Shown here one piece after another: positions 28,335 to 41,300 of a DNA stretch of 64,000 nucleotides (position 1 is its first letter; the number at the start of each line of letters is the position of its first letter). Location: positions 1-64,000 of the forward strand of contig JAAOMT010000305.1 in assembly GCA_016748015.1 (NCBI GenBank), in the 5' to 3' direction. The DNA comes from Geosiphon pyriformis uo1. Its lineage: Eukaryota > Fungi > Glomeromycota. The position numbers and the translations under genes were made by a program. The notes beneath the pieces were generated by a model. It saw only the letters and a program-made list of their open reading frames with translations, searched no databases and was not told the origin of the DNA.

Positions 28335-29191
28335 TATTACAGGTAATTATTTGGGATCTCAAAGCAAATAGCAAATCCATAATTTGGTGTTTAATAGCTA
28401 ATATAATAATAATATCTAAAGATTATAGTAATTTGAAGGTTTTGGTTGAGTTCTTTTTATAATAAACAAAGATTCAATGATTGTTTTCAGTAGCCTCCCA
28501 GAATTGCAATTCCATCAAATTTTTTTGTCAATATGATGGCCAGTAATCTTCTTGGTAAGCTATCTTCAATTCTGTGAGTATTCTATTCTTGTTTTACAGG
28601 TCTTTTACCAATTTTTTTGATGTTGATAATTCTGCGTGTTGATCCTTGATCAATTAGTAAACAATAAAACAAATAAAAAAAATAAAAGAAAATGAAAAAA
28701 TTAGTCCAAAGCAATTAAGTTAGTATCCTGTCAATAGCCATAATTAAGAGCTATTGTTCTAGTATTATTAAGTATTAGTAGCTATCAACATGAAGTGTTA
28801 ATAATTAGAGTTTGATAAATAATTCTCAATCAAGTAATAACAATATGAATTGGATATAGATAAATATTTTATTAATAATTTGATGATTTTACTTTAGTGA
28901 ATATACACTATTCTTAAAGTAATTAAGAAATAGATAAGAAGAAAAGTTTAAATTAAGAGGTCTGTCTTTTTTGCTTCTAATACTACTGTTATATATATAT
29001 ATTTGAGATTCCTTAATTTCTTAATTTTTCTCACCAGAAATTCTGGAATTTCATGACTCTTCATATAAGAATTCTGTAATTTCTGGAATCTTGTAATTCC
29101 TTAGAAAAATTCTGGAATTTTTTATTTTACTATATTTATTTCTGATTGGCTAATTTATATATTAATATAATTCCTATATTTACGAGTAACA
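28335..29191 (-). repeat. 5' LTR of Gypsy copy A (GGAATT-repeat U3 type)
   Basis: Minus strand begins TGTTAC and ends GTAATA (decayed GTAACA), followed by PBS-like TTTGGTG; homologous to 46798-47665. Confidence 0.88.
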
Positions 29192-30385
29192 CCAATCACA
29201 GCACAGTGAACTCAATTGTCAGTATTAAGTAATCAATTAATAATGTATATTTTATCACCAACTACTTCCAAAAAAGTGCCCAAATCATGAACAGTTGTTC
29301 TTATAGACAAAGTAAACAACAGAGTCTTGAACTGATCTTTAGATGCCCAAATATTACAATCTTCTACAGCCATAGTTACACACACTGAATTTTTTCCAAT
29401 CAAAAAGATCTATTTAGCAGCCAACTATTAAGCCTGACCCAATTTGGAAAATTTTACCACAGCCTTTTGCTATATTCCAATCAACTGAATTTTGATCGAC
29501 TTAATTTTACCAAATTCAGATATTGCAGTGACAATCATTTTTTTTGACATATCTATAGGAATTTTTTTGATAATTACAGCCTGATCTAAATACATTTCTT
29601 GTTTCTTAACATTAATATTTGCAATAATCTCATTCTTTTCGACCAATAAAATGGTCTTCTTTATGCTAATCTCTGAAGTGAAAATAGATCTGATAGTTTC
29701 TTTAAATTTTGAGAAAGTAGTGGCCCTCTCTAAAACCATTAATTAATGAAAACAATTTTCTAACAGTCTGTGTCTTTGCCATAACAGATTTTTCTTTTAC
29801 AGCATTAAGATTGATATCAAAGACAAAAAATTTGTTGATAGATATTTCAATCTGAGTTTTGAAAATTTTAGAATTAACTTACTTTCTATTAAGAAATATT
29901 TTAAGAAGAGAAAGGAGGAGGTTACTATCTTTATCCATGCCATAATCAATTGAACCAAGAGGGGAGCCACAAATCAAACCAGTATTAATTCTTTTAACTT
30001 TAGGAGTGTTTGCTATCAAACCAAAAAGAGAACTATTGTCAGCACCAAATAAAACATTATCATCTCCACTATTACCAAAAACACTGTCCATATCCGAATA
30101 GAGACTACCATCATAACTAGATTTAACCAGAAAAATATTTTTTTAAACTTCAAAATGCTTAACATTACCAACTGAAACTTTTTTTTTTGGGAAAAAATAT
30201 CACTAACTGGACCATAAAGAGTATCTTTTGGAGTCTTTTTTTTAAACATATTGTTATTTAAAGCAGCTTCCAGATTCACTACAAAAAGATTATTAGCTTA
30301 AGAAATGTTGAAAATAATAAAACAAGTAAAATAAAAAACAAAAACTTTTTTTTCAAAAATTGTTCTTTGGAAAATTTGGACAAAG
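29192..30385 (-). mobile_element. LINE 5' portion (5' UTR and ORF1 N-half), interrupted by Gypsy copy A
   Basis: ORFs 30016-30279, 29879-30091 and 29470-29739 match ORF1 at 5003-6060; the 5' UTR matches 4904-5000. Confidence 0.9.
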
Positions 30386-30394
30386 AAGAGAAAG

Positions 30395-33300
30395 AAGTTT
30401 TTTTTATATTAATATTTTTTAATTCAATAATTTCTTTATTGTAAACTTAAAAACTGCTTTAAGCAATAATATATTTAAAAATAAAATGCCCAAAAGAGCT
30501 TTTTATGATCTAGTTAGTGACTTTTTTTCTCGGAAAAAAAGAGTTAATTTTGGTAATATTAAACATTTAGATGATAAAAAGATATATTATTGGTCAAATC
30601 AGATTTTGATAATATATATTCAGATTTGAACAGTGAGTTTAGTAGTAGTAAGAATAATTTTATTATGGAAGATGTTAATAGTGGATTTTTTTTAAGTTTA
30701 ATAGCAACTATTCTCAAAGCCAATAGAATAAGTACTAACATAATTTATGGTATTTTTTTTTGGTTTTCTTAACTTTAAAATGGAAAAAAAGATCAAATTA
30801 TTCTCACTTTTTTTCAATATATTTTAAACAAAAAATAAATTAATCTTAAAATTGTTAAAACTTAAGTAGAAGTGATTATTAAAAAATTTTTTGTCTTATA
30901 TATTAATTTATTAATAGTAGAAAACAAATTAACAATGGCCAAAACTCAAAAAATTCGAAAAATATTTTCAATAATTAATGGTTTTAGAAGAACTAGTACT
31001 CTTTCAAAATTTGAAAAAATATTTAAATATATATTTACATCAAAAAAAAGCATGAAAAAAGTCATATTATTGATTAAGAAAAAAAATCATTATAAACAGT
31101 AATATTAAAAAACAAAAAATTAGATTAGATTAAACTATGAGAATTAAAATATTTTTATAGATATGTTAAAAAAAATAATCATTACTGTAGTATCTGAGTT
31201 TATTCAAATTAAGTTAATTCAATTGTAATTAATTGGATTATGACAAAAGGCTGTAATAAAGTTTACCAAATTAGTTTAAGCAAATTAGTTAGCAGTAAAG
31301 TAGTCATTCTTAATTAAAAAAGATTTAATACATATAGTGAAGACTAAAAAATTGTAATGTTTGAATATTTAAGAACTGGTTTATGATTTTTTGTTTACTT
31401 TGTTTGTAAAAACAACTGTTTATAATCTTGGTGTTTTATTAAAAGAAACTTGTAGAAAAACTTACATTATAAATAAATTATTTGATTTTGACAATAGAAT
31501 TTGTTGTACTGTAATTAGTTTTGAATTAAATAAAAAACTAGAGTTTGTTTTTTATACAGAATTAATTTTTGGTAGTGTAAAATTCTCTTAGATTAGAATA
31601 ATTTTGGTTTAATATAAAAAGTATAAGCAATTTAAACATTTAACTTAAAGTGTAATATATTAGATGTTTTTATTTTGTCTTTTTTAAAAACATATAAAAG
31701 AGTTGCTTCAGATAAAAATTGTCTTCAATTGACCAGATTATATGTTAAAAAAATGTTTTTATTTTTTGTTTTGCTACTTTTAATGACAAATTATAAATAC
31801 AAGTGGTTTTATTCACTATTTTTACTAATAATACTTGTTTTGGTTCTAGTTTTAGATTTCTTTTTTCTAATACTTTTCATAATAAATGAAATTTATTGAT
31901 TGGTTAAGACAATTTTTTTATTGTAACTCATTTAGCTTTTTTGGAATGTTTTTTAGAGCTTTTAACTAATTAAATATTAGAATTATGAAAAAATTAAGTA
32001 TTATAAATCTGGTGTCTTTAGTATTTGTTTTTTAATTTTCTTTTTTAATTATTTCTGTACTATTGAATTTGAATTTGAATTTGAATTTGAATATGATTTT
32101 AAAAGATTTATTAGTGTTATTTATTTATTTTTTAATTATAAAAAATAAGGTTTTGAATTTAAGTTTAAATAACTTAAAGATTCTGATTACTAAAATAAAT
32201 AGCTTGAAATCAAAAATAATGACTCTTAAAATTTTGGTTAATTCAGTTTTGGTAAGATTAAATTAATTGTGCTTTGGCTTAGAATTTCTAATGTTTTTTT
32301 CATTTTAATAACTAATTTAATATGAAAGTTTGCTATGTGTAATATTTGAAGTATTAATGTTTTTGTAAAACAAAAAAATATTGTTTGTTGGCATACAAAT
32401 CTGGATAATATGATTTCTATTATTATAGAAACAAAATTAAGATTTAGTATTAAATTATAAATTATAGATAAGTTTGATAGAGTACAGATTTTTACATTTG
32501 GTTTAGATAAAAATTTCTTGGTGCTGAAATAACTATTATTATGAACAATTTTCTGGTTTGACATATCTTTAAGATAAAAAAAATTTTTAGTTATGTTGTT
32601 TTGATACAGTTTTTTTTTAAAAACAAAATTTCAGTTATAATTTTGAGTTTATATGTTAATGCTTTTGTTAAAGCTAAATTTAATCAGATATATTAAAAAT
32701 CAACTTTTTTATTGCTTAAGTTGTTAATTTTAGTACTTTTATAGTTCTAAATAAAGATTTTAATGAAAATAGATCTAAAAAAATATGAATTTCAAGTTTT
32801 GTGTGAATTTGAATTTTGTTAATTTTTTTAGTGAATATTTACTAATTAAAACTTTTTCTTAAAGCAACTTTAAAAGTGTTAAAAAGATTATAGATTACAT
32901 TTTTGTAAATAAAAATTTGTCATTTGCAGTTATTAAACATAAAATTAACTCTGTATTTGACTTTTTTAATATTAATTACAAGAATGTTTTGGTTTTGGTT
33001 GATCTGAATGGTCTTCTAAATATTTGTTTAAATAGTATACATAAACAAGTCAATAAAAATCATTAAAAATTTAAAATTGGAAATGTTAATAATAGTGGAA
33101 TTAGCTAATAATATATTCTTTAAATATTGATATAGTAAAATCAAATATTTTTTTAATAAACAATTATTAAAGTTTTTCAAATTGGAATTATTAGTTATTA
33201 AAATAATAAAATTTTTTAGATCTAGTAATGTGTTTAAAACTGATACTCTATTTTACATTTGGTTAGTTGTTAATAGGAATAGAACTTCTAAAATACAAAT

Positions 33301-35856
33301 TATAATTCAAGATAAGACCAAGTTAATAAATGTTTTAAGTTATTATGTTTAAGATCAGAAATGATTATTATAAGTCCAAATTGTATAAGTTTAAAGCTGC
33401 TAAAACAATTATTATTAAATGTGCAATTAAGAAAAAAATAGAAAATTTTTGTTTGAATAAAGACTGCATAATTAGAAATATATTAAAAAAGTTGTTTTAT
33501 AAGATAATATTAGATTATTTAATAGTTAATAAAAAACTGGTTTTGAAGCCTAATAAAGTTAAATCTAAAGTAGATGCTATTATAAAAGATTAGACCAAAA
33601 AGTATATGATTTTTGGCTTATTGTCAGAGCTCTGAGTTAATTAATATACTTTTACAATTATATAAACAATAGAGTTTTTTAAAAAATTATAAGTGTTATT
33701 AGTTTTAAAGAATTAGTTTATGTAATAAAAGATTTGCTAGATAGAAAAACTGCTGGTCTGAATGGTATTTTAAATAAACTGTGAAAACATTATAATAAAA
33801 ATATTATTAAATGTCTTTTAGTTTTTTTAAACTTATATTTATTTTTGGATGCAATATTAATTTTATAAAAAAAGACATAAGTCTCTATAATATCTAAATT
33901 TTATAAGTAAAATAGAGTTTTTATAAACACTAAGCTAATTACTTTGATTGAAACAGCTAAGAAAATTTTTTTAAAATTTTTTTTAGATTGAATTTTATTT
34001 GCATGTACAATTTTTCTGTTTTAAAAAGTACTTTGATGTAGTTTTTTGTTTTTGTTATTGGCTTAATAATTAAAGATGCTTTGAAAAAGAATAAAAAAAT
34101 TTAATTAGTATTACAAAACATGTACAAAACATATAATTCTGTTGATTAGTTTTATTTAAAAACCAGTTTGCAGTATATCAAAATGTGTGAGAAATTTATC
34201 AATTTCTTTAACAGCATTTATAAAAACAAGATAAATAGAGTTATAACAAACTTTGGCCTTATATATAAATATTAAGTACATAATAGATTATATCAAAATA
34301 AAATATTCTCTTTTTTTTTTAAAAAAATCTTCTATAACTCTCTTTTATATAAGGTTAAAAAACATGAACATTTATATAGATATTAAATTAATACCAGATT
34401 TATAGCCAAGACAAACAAAATAAATACCAAAAGAGAAAAGATTTTTTTTCTTATAACTAGTGTTTTTGTTAATAACACTATTAGGATTGAAAATAGTTAG
34501 ATTTTTATACAATATATATTAAATATTGTCAGTAAATTATTTTTATTTAATAATATCTTAATTAATAATAATAAAACAATAGTTATTTTTATCAATTAAC
34601 AAATTAAAAATGCTTTTTTAAGAATTAGTAGACTACTAATTTTAATTGTCAAAAGTAAAATACCATATAGATATTTGAATATTTTTTTATTGACAGATGA
34701 TTTGTTAAAGCCCAGTATAATTAAGACTCAATTTGATATTAAGTTTTTTTTTAAATATGGTATTAAAAAAAGCTATTATAGATAAACAATTTTTTTTATC
34801 TGGTTTCAGTTGTTCTGCAATTTATAATTAAGTTGCTGTTAATAAAATATTATAGTTAAAAAAGATTTTAGATTAAAAGCTGGTTTATTTTACGATTTTT
34901 TTAGTAATATATTGCATCATTTTTTATTATATAATCTAAAAACGTTTGAGCAAGTTCAAATAAAAAAAAAATTGCTTCAACTATTGTTTTTGTAAATGCT
35001 GCTAGTATTTTTAGTTAACTTTTTGGTTATGTTCTTGAATTTTCAAGTTTTAAACTGGGCTTCTTTGAATTTTTGCAGCATCTAATTTGGTTATAAGTAA
35101 GTTTTTTTAACAATTTTTGGCTAAATTAATATGTATTTTTTTGGACAATGGCTTTTTGTTAGTAAATAATTTGTTTTGTGTATTTTTCAATTTTCACAAG
35201 TTTTTTATATCAAGTGTTCTGAAAGCTTCTCTGTATTTTAATAAGATTGGTTCTTTAAAAAAATTTGGAATGACTTTTTGTAACATACTTTTGAACAAAA
35301 AAGGCAGAATAATAAATTAAAAAACATTTTGCTACTAAAAAAAATTAGATTCTATGAAGCTTATGCCTTTTTGGTTTGTTTTAATATTAAAGTTTTTACA
35401 TAATTCTAATCTTGTGTCAGTATCTTCTGGTATAACTTCTGGGTTGGTAAATGATAGTGTTTGTTGTCAAATAAATTTTCAATACTAAAAAAGTGTTTAC
35501 ATAAAATCTGGTCAAATGAAATCAATATATATACTAATAAGTTTTGGTTTTTCTGCTGTTACTAATAGAGCTGTTGCATATATTTTTAAAGTGAATTTAA
35601 GGATTGAGATCAAAGTTTATAAGTTATTGTTATTAACACTAACCAAATTATATGTTGTAGCTCCTTTTCTGAAGTGTATGTTTTTTTCTTGTGCTAAAAT
35701 AGTGTATTTAAATAACCAGACTGTTATGAATACTTGTATTTTAGTATTGAAGTTATTAAGTTTAGACTTTTGTAATTACTGCTGAATGAAAAAAAAACAT
35801 ATTGCAAATTTGATTAGAGATAAAAATTTTTTAGTAATTTGGTTAAAGGTTAAGAA
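30395..35856 (+). mobile_element. Heavily mutated LINE copy (ORF1, APE, RT, part of RNase H), 3'-truncated
   Basis: Colinear with 4950-10600 (e.g. FAMCNI/ETKL, LQNMYKTYNSV, FVNN, WLKVK) but with pervasive G->A/C->T changes; homology stops just after WLKVK. Confidence 0.9.
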
Positions 35857-36777
35857 ATTATTGCCAAAAAAGCTGAAATTTTTATATAAAAATTTAATTT
35901 CTTAGATATAAAGCTTATTTTATCTTATATATTATATATTCTATTTACAAAAAACTTCAACAAACTAGTTAGTTTTGAGCTAAACAAAACTTTTTAAATA
36001 GAATATCTCATAAATAATTTGATTTCACCAGAGTTTAATTTTTTTAGAGAAAATAATATTATGATTAAAAACCATAATTTTATTAGTTATTACATATATT
36101 AGCCACTAATATTATATAATTTTCTGCACTATTTTTAAATAGTAATTATTAACTTAATCAATAATTTAATTGTTAATCTAACTATTAATTTGATCATTAA
36201 TCTAATTAATAATCTGATTGTTGACTATTTTTAATAGCTATATAAGCAATAAGTTTTTTATATATAAAAATATATGTAAGAAATCAAAAAAATAAAACAA
36301 TATCTATTAACTTAATCTTTTTCTTATTGTTTATTTTCTTTTTTTTCTTTTTTACTTTCAAGTATTTGAATATTTTGAAATAAAAAATTACTTGTTGATA
36401 TTTATCTATCTTTTTTTAATTTATATAATTGTAATATTTGAAAATTATTAAATAAAATATGATTAAAAAATATATTTGATATTTAATATCAAATTTTAAA
36501 AGTGCTAATATAAAACATAGAATTGTATCAGTATGTTATTATTTATTAACAGTACAGATCATCTCTCTACTTTTAAATTTTCTAATTATTTTTTGGAAAA
36601 ATTAACAACTAAGATATTTTATGAGATTAATTTTATATATTAAATTTATACTCATTTAATTTACTCTTTAAAGTTGAATTCTCTTTAATTAATTTATTAT
36701 TTTACAATCTTGTTCTTCTTTGTTATTTGTTAATTTTTTACTTTAATTTATAATAATATCTTTAGTTTACCGAAATA

Positions 36778-37374
36778 CAGAGGGTGTCCAAAAGTTTCCG
36801 AACAAACTTTGGAGTAACATTCCACATGCTTGAATAATTAGAAAAGCACGAGTTTATTACTAAATTAAGTTAGTTAATTATTTAATTACCCGTTTTTTAT
36901 TTTTTAAACACGCGTGTATAATGTTTTTTCGCGCATAATCGATTTTATTCATACTCGTTTTTTTATGAAAATGAAATGTAACGCGCATATAAGATTTTTT
37001 CGTTTTTATTAAAACGAAATGGGAGCAAAAAAAGAATTAACGATTGCTCAACGTAATACTATATGCTTATTACAACAGCATGGCAAGAAATATCGTGATA
37101 TTGCCAACATAGTCAATTGCAGCTTGACAACAGTTTCGGATACAATAAAACGATTTAAAGAAACTGGTTCAATTGATTCAAGACCTCGTTCAGGACGTCC
37201 ACGTTTATTTACTCACCAAAAATATCGCCGACTTAAACGCTTAGTAACACTTAATGGAAAAATTTAGAAAATTACTATAAAATTATAAATATGTTGTTTA
37301 TTTTGTTTTATTTTATAAAAAAATATTATTATTGTTAAATAAAATCTTGTTCGGAAACTTTTGGACACCCTCTG
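36778..37374 (+). mobile_element. Tc1/mariner internal-deletion derivative (597 bp) with perfect 28-bp TIRs and TA TSD
   Basis: CAGAGGGTGTCCAAAAGTTTCCGAACAA at 36778-36805 and its exact reverse complement at 37347-37374; TA at 36776-77 and 37375-76. Confidence 0.96.
37019..37267 (+). CDS. Tc1-type transposase N-terminal HTH DNA-binding domain only (82 aa)
   Basis: ELTIAQR..I...YRDIANIVNCSLTTVSDTIKRFKETGS...RSGRPR (paired-like HTH plus GRPR hook); no DDE domain before the right TIR. Confidence 0.85.
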   Translation: MGAKKELTIAQRNTICLLQQHGKKYRDIANIVNCSLTTVSDTIKRFKETGSIDSRPRSGRPRLFTHQKYRRLKRLVTLNGKI

Positions 37375-37564
37375 TATTAGAAAAAAATACTAAATTATTA
37401 ATAGTATTACAATAAATAGTATAAAAAAAGCTTTTTTTTTAAGAAAATATATTTTTAGGTCTGAATTTAAAATAATTTTCTTGAACATATTTTTTTTTTT
37501 TTTTTAGTTTTTATATTTTTATTTTATATTATTTAAGTAACTTATAGTTAAAATTTTTTGTAAA

Positions 37565-37790
37565 AGAATTAATTTATACAATAAAATAATTACACATTAT
37601 TTAGAAAATTTACAAATAAGATTTTTTTAAAAAAAAATTAACTTTTATTACAAAATAATTACACAAAATAATTGGTATAGAATTAATTATTCTATTATAA
37701 ATTTAACAATATATATAATTTAAAGTATAAAAAATATTTTGAAAGAAAAATTAGCTTATTAAAGAGTTTTTAACTTTTATCAATAGCAAA
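37565..37790 (+). repeat. Dispersed AT-rich repeat, copy 2
   Basis: Homologous to 17380-17600, same orientation. Confidence 0.7.
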
Positions 37791-38377
37791 ATTAACAGCA
37801 AAACAATATTAATAACATTAAAAAAAAGATAGAAAAATTTCTGATAACAATGGTTTTTTTTGTGTTAAAACAATATTTATTTTATTTTTTTTAGTATTCA
37901 CAACTCCAGTTAAACTACCAATTAGTTTTATAGTCACAAACAGATGTGTATTAAAATAAATAATTAATAATTTTATAAAAAATATAAAATATTAATTTAA
38001 AATTATTAAAACTTAAATATAAAAATATATTTAAAATAAAAAATTAAATAAAAAATTATTAAATACTTAAATAAAATAAAAACAAATAGTTTTTTTAATT
38101 TATATAGCTTAATATAAGTTTAAATTATTGGTTATATACAAAAAATGTGTAAGTAATATTTTTGTTACATATTTTAAGTTTTAATTAAATTATATTTAAT
38201 TTTTTCCAATTTTAAAAGTTACAATTATTTTTACTTTAAAATAATAAAACAAATTTTATTCAATATTAAAATATATAAAACAATAATAATGTCAATTTAA
38301 CAAAACAAAAATAATTTAATGAATATTGCACAATACAATAATTATTAAAGAAACAATTATATTATATAGGCATACGG

Positions 38378-39333
38378 NNNNNNNNNNNNNNNNNNNNNNN
38401 NNNNNNNNNNNNNNNNNNNNNNNNNNNNNNNNNNNNNNNNNNNNNNNNNNNNNNNNNNNNNNNNNNNNNNNNNNNNNNNNNNNNNNNNNNNNNNNNNNNN
38501 NNNNNNNNNNNNNNNNNNNNNNNNNNNNNNNNNNNNNNNNNNNNNNNNNNNNNNNNNNNNNNNNNNNNNNNNNNNNNNNNNNNNNNNNNNNNNNNNNNNN
38601 NNNNNNNNNNNNNNNNNNNNNNNNNNNNNNNNNNNNNNNNNNNNNNNNNNNNNNNNNNNNNNNNNNNNNNNNNNNNNNNNNNNNNNNNNNNNNNNNNNNN
38701 NNNNNNNNNNNNNNNNNNNNNNNNNNNNNNNNNNNNNNNNNNNNNNNNNNNNNNNNNNNNNNNNNNNNNNNNNNNNNNNNNNNNNNNNNNNNNNNNNNNN
38801 NNNNNNNNNNNNNNNNNNNNNNNNNNNNNNNNNNNNNNNNNNNNNNNNNNNNNNNNNNNNNNNNNNNNNNNNNNNNNNNNNNNNNNNNNNNNNNNNNNNN
38901 NNNNNNNNNNNNNNNNNNNNNNNNNNNNNNNNNNNNNNNNNNNNNNNNNNNNNNNNNNNNNNNNNNNNNNNNNNNNNNNNNNNNNNNNNNNNNNNNNNNN
39001 NNNNNNNNNNNNNNNNNNNNNNNNNNNNNNNNNNNNNNNNNNNNNNNNNNNNNNNNNNNNNNNNNNNNNNNNNNNNNNNNNNNNNNNNNNNNNNNNNNNN
39101 NNNNNNNNNNNNNNNNNNNNNNNNNNNNNNNNNNNNNNNNNNNNNNNNNNNNNNNNNNNNNNNNNNNNNNNNNNNNNNNNNNNNNNNNNNNNNNNNNNNN
39201 NNNNNNNNNNNNNNNNNNNNNNNNNNNNNNNNNNNNNNNNNNNNNNNNNNNNNNNNNNNNNNNNNNNNNNNNNNNNNNNNNNNNNNNNNNNNNNNNNNNN
39301 NNNNNNNNNNNNNNNNNNNNNNNNNNNNNNNNN
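38378..39333. other. Scaffold gap (956 N)
   Basis: Run of N. Confidence 1.
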
Positions 39334-39334
39334 A

Positions 39335-39853
39335 CTAGGTCAAGGCCGAAGTGGTAAAACGCTCTTATGCGAATTTCGCGGTGAAACAATTGCTTTAAAG
39401 ACTGTCGACTTGGCAAAAGCACCACCATATCTTCTGGAAGAAATGCAAAAAGAAGTAGAGATCTATGAAAGTCTTGCTGATATCCAGGGACAATATATTC
39501 CGAAATTGGTTTGTCATGGATATTATGGAGGTGGGATGTGCTTCATTATTGGATTGACCATTGTTGGTACCCCATTGGATAAGCACAAAATAACGAAACA
39601 GCAAAGTTCAAGAGCTCTTAAGGCATTAGAAGCTATCCACAAGCATGGCATTCTCCAAAATGACATTCGAGAGGAAAATATTTTAGTTGATGACAGTGGA
39701 GACATCTATTTGATAGATTTTGGAATAGCAAGTCGGGCAGACATAAAAAAGGAGCGAAAGCTTTTTGAGGAAGAACAGATGAAATTATCTCGTTTACTAA
39801 ATGAATATACAGTCATGCCTCCACAGTTGCCCTGTCAGTTCCCAGGAATCTGA
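39335..39853 (+). CDS. Protein kinase-like domain (short, atypical Bud32/RIO-like type, as found in Crinkler-type proteins); 5' part in gap
   Basis: Open from the gap edge: LGQGRSG (Gly loop), IALK, EVEIY, GILQNDIREENIL (catalytic loop, Q in place of H), LIDFG; AATAAA at 39961. Confidence 0.88.
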   Translation, partial: LGQGRSGKTLLCEFRGETIALKTVDLAKAPPYLLEEMQKEVEIYESLADIQGQYIPKLVCHGYYGGGMCFIIGLTIVGTPLDKHKITKQQSSRALKALEAIHKHGILQNDIREENILVDDSGDIYLIDFGIASRADIKKERKLFEEEQMKLSRLLNEYTVMPPQLPCQFPGI

Positions 39854-40149
39854 TGATTGTATAGAGGTGTGACTACAAAAACTGTCTTAGAGATAAGCCT
39901 ATGTTTGGTCATTCTCAATAAGATTAATGTGGTCATAGAATTTGAGTTGATTATTGCTAGAATAAAAATAGTCATTTTATTGAATTCCATTGTAATCCTT
40001 GTGTATTTTGAATGAGGTAATAAATGGAATCACACTGCTGCAACATTTGTAATTTAATGCGTTTTATTTTATTTCGCCCATTTTTTTAGGTCAAATGACA
40101 GGGAGTTTTCTTTGGAACTCGTTGTTGGTATTTCACTTAGACCATTAAC

Positions 40150-41300
40150 TTAAGAATGCCAGAGTAGTAAATGTAAGTTTCAATCAAACGTGATTTATTC
40201 CGGACTTAACGATCGACAGAAACTACAGTAATAGTAAAATAGTTTGGAGTCTCAGATCAACTCGAAATTGATGCCTTTGTTTGAACACATATGCAGATTA
40301 CTGTTATGAAAGTGATAAAATTTAATAATAATTAAAACGGCTCTACTGAATATGAAAAAGCAATGCGTTTCTTGGAGATAGGTTGCAATTGTGGTTGCTC
40401 AAAAATAATTCCGAAAGAAAAGTTTGCTGAATTGCGTGAGGCGTTTCAAGCTCTCTCTAGATCCGAACAAGATATATTTTTAATGGCCCAACTGAAAGCA
40501 CTGAATGATGGAGAAATAACCGCCAGCCGACGTCTTAGAAAGAAAACACGTACTAATAAGCGAACGTTTTACTATTGAGATCGCAATACGCCTCTTTGTC
40601 AGCAAATGTATCTCAATATGTTAGGAATTGGTCGCACTCATTTCGAAAATGTCAGAAACCATCTAGCAACGAATGGCATAATACCGCGTGTTCATGGTAA
40701 TGTAAAAAGAGTGCCGCGATGGAAAACCAAAATAACCATAGATATAACCGTCGCTACCACCGTAAAGAATTTTCTCGAGAATTACGCTGAAATTCATGGA
40801 TTACCAAGTCCTGGTAGAAATGTCAATCGCATTACTCAATCACTTACACTATTCCCAGCCGAAACGAGTTATAAATCGGTCTATCGTGATTTTATTGCAG
40901 GTCATGAAAACGATAGCACATTGAAATTGTTAAAATATGATGCGTTTCGCAAGTTATGGCACCAATTAACGTCTTATATTCAAACCATGATTCCAAGAAC
41001 GGATTTATGTGACAAGTGCCAACATTTTCGGAACGGCTTACAGTATAATGCTCGCAAGGAAGAAGTGAAAGATTTACTAAAAAAGTACAAAGAACATCTA
41101 GTTAAGGCTAAGTTGGAGAGAAATTATTACAACAAAATACGAAATTAGCAGAGCAACAAAGAAAATTAGTAGACGAGAATTATCTTGTGACAGGAGGTAA
41201 AACTGATTATTGTAGCGTTGATGCCACAGCTCATTACAGTTACGATTGAGCACAAAATGTTCACGTACCGCATTCTGATCAACAAGTCAGTAAGATTTAT
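40150..41300 (+). pseudogene. Sola-like DNA transposase, disrupted and 3'-truncated
   Basis: GCNCGC, LCQQMYL, HGN, GLPSPGR, F..LW...PRTDLCDKC, H..KA..ER.YY, then HYSYD*AQNVHVP..QQ (first catalytic Asp region). TGA at 40576 and ~41247, frameshift at ~41135; homology ends at ~41300. Start approximate; superfamily assigned from motif recall. Confidence 0.7.

Larger units (their letters stand above)
22727..29191 (-). mobile_element. Ty3/Gypsy LTR retrotransposon copy A, internally deleted (no RT, RNase H or most of integrase), 3' LTR absent
   Basis: 5' LTR 28335-29191, PBS, gag (~28270-26200), protease (~26000-25610), Cys-rich domain, dUTPase, then a jump to the integrase C-terminus at ~23782. 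Confidence 0.88.

Noticed and set aside
38316-39428. Long ORFs of 370 and 343 aa
   Set aside because: Artefacts of translating the N gap.
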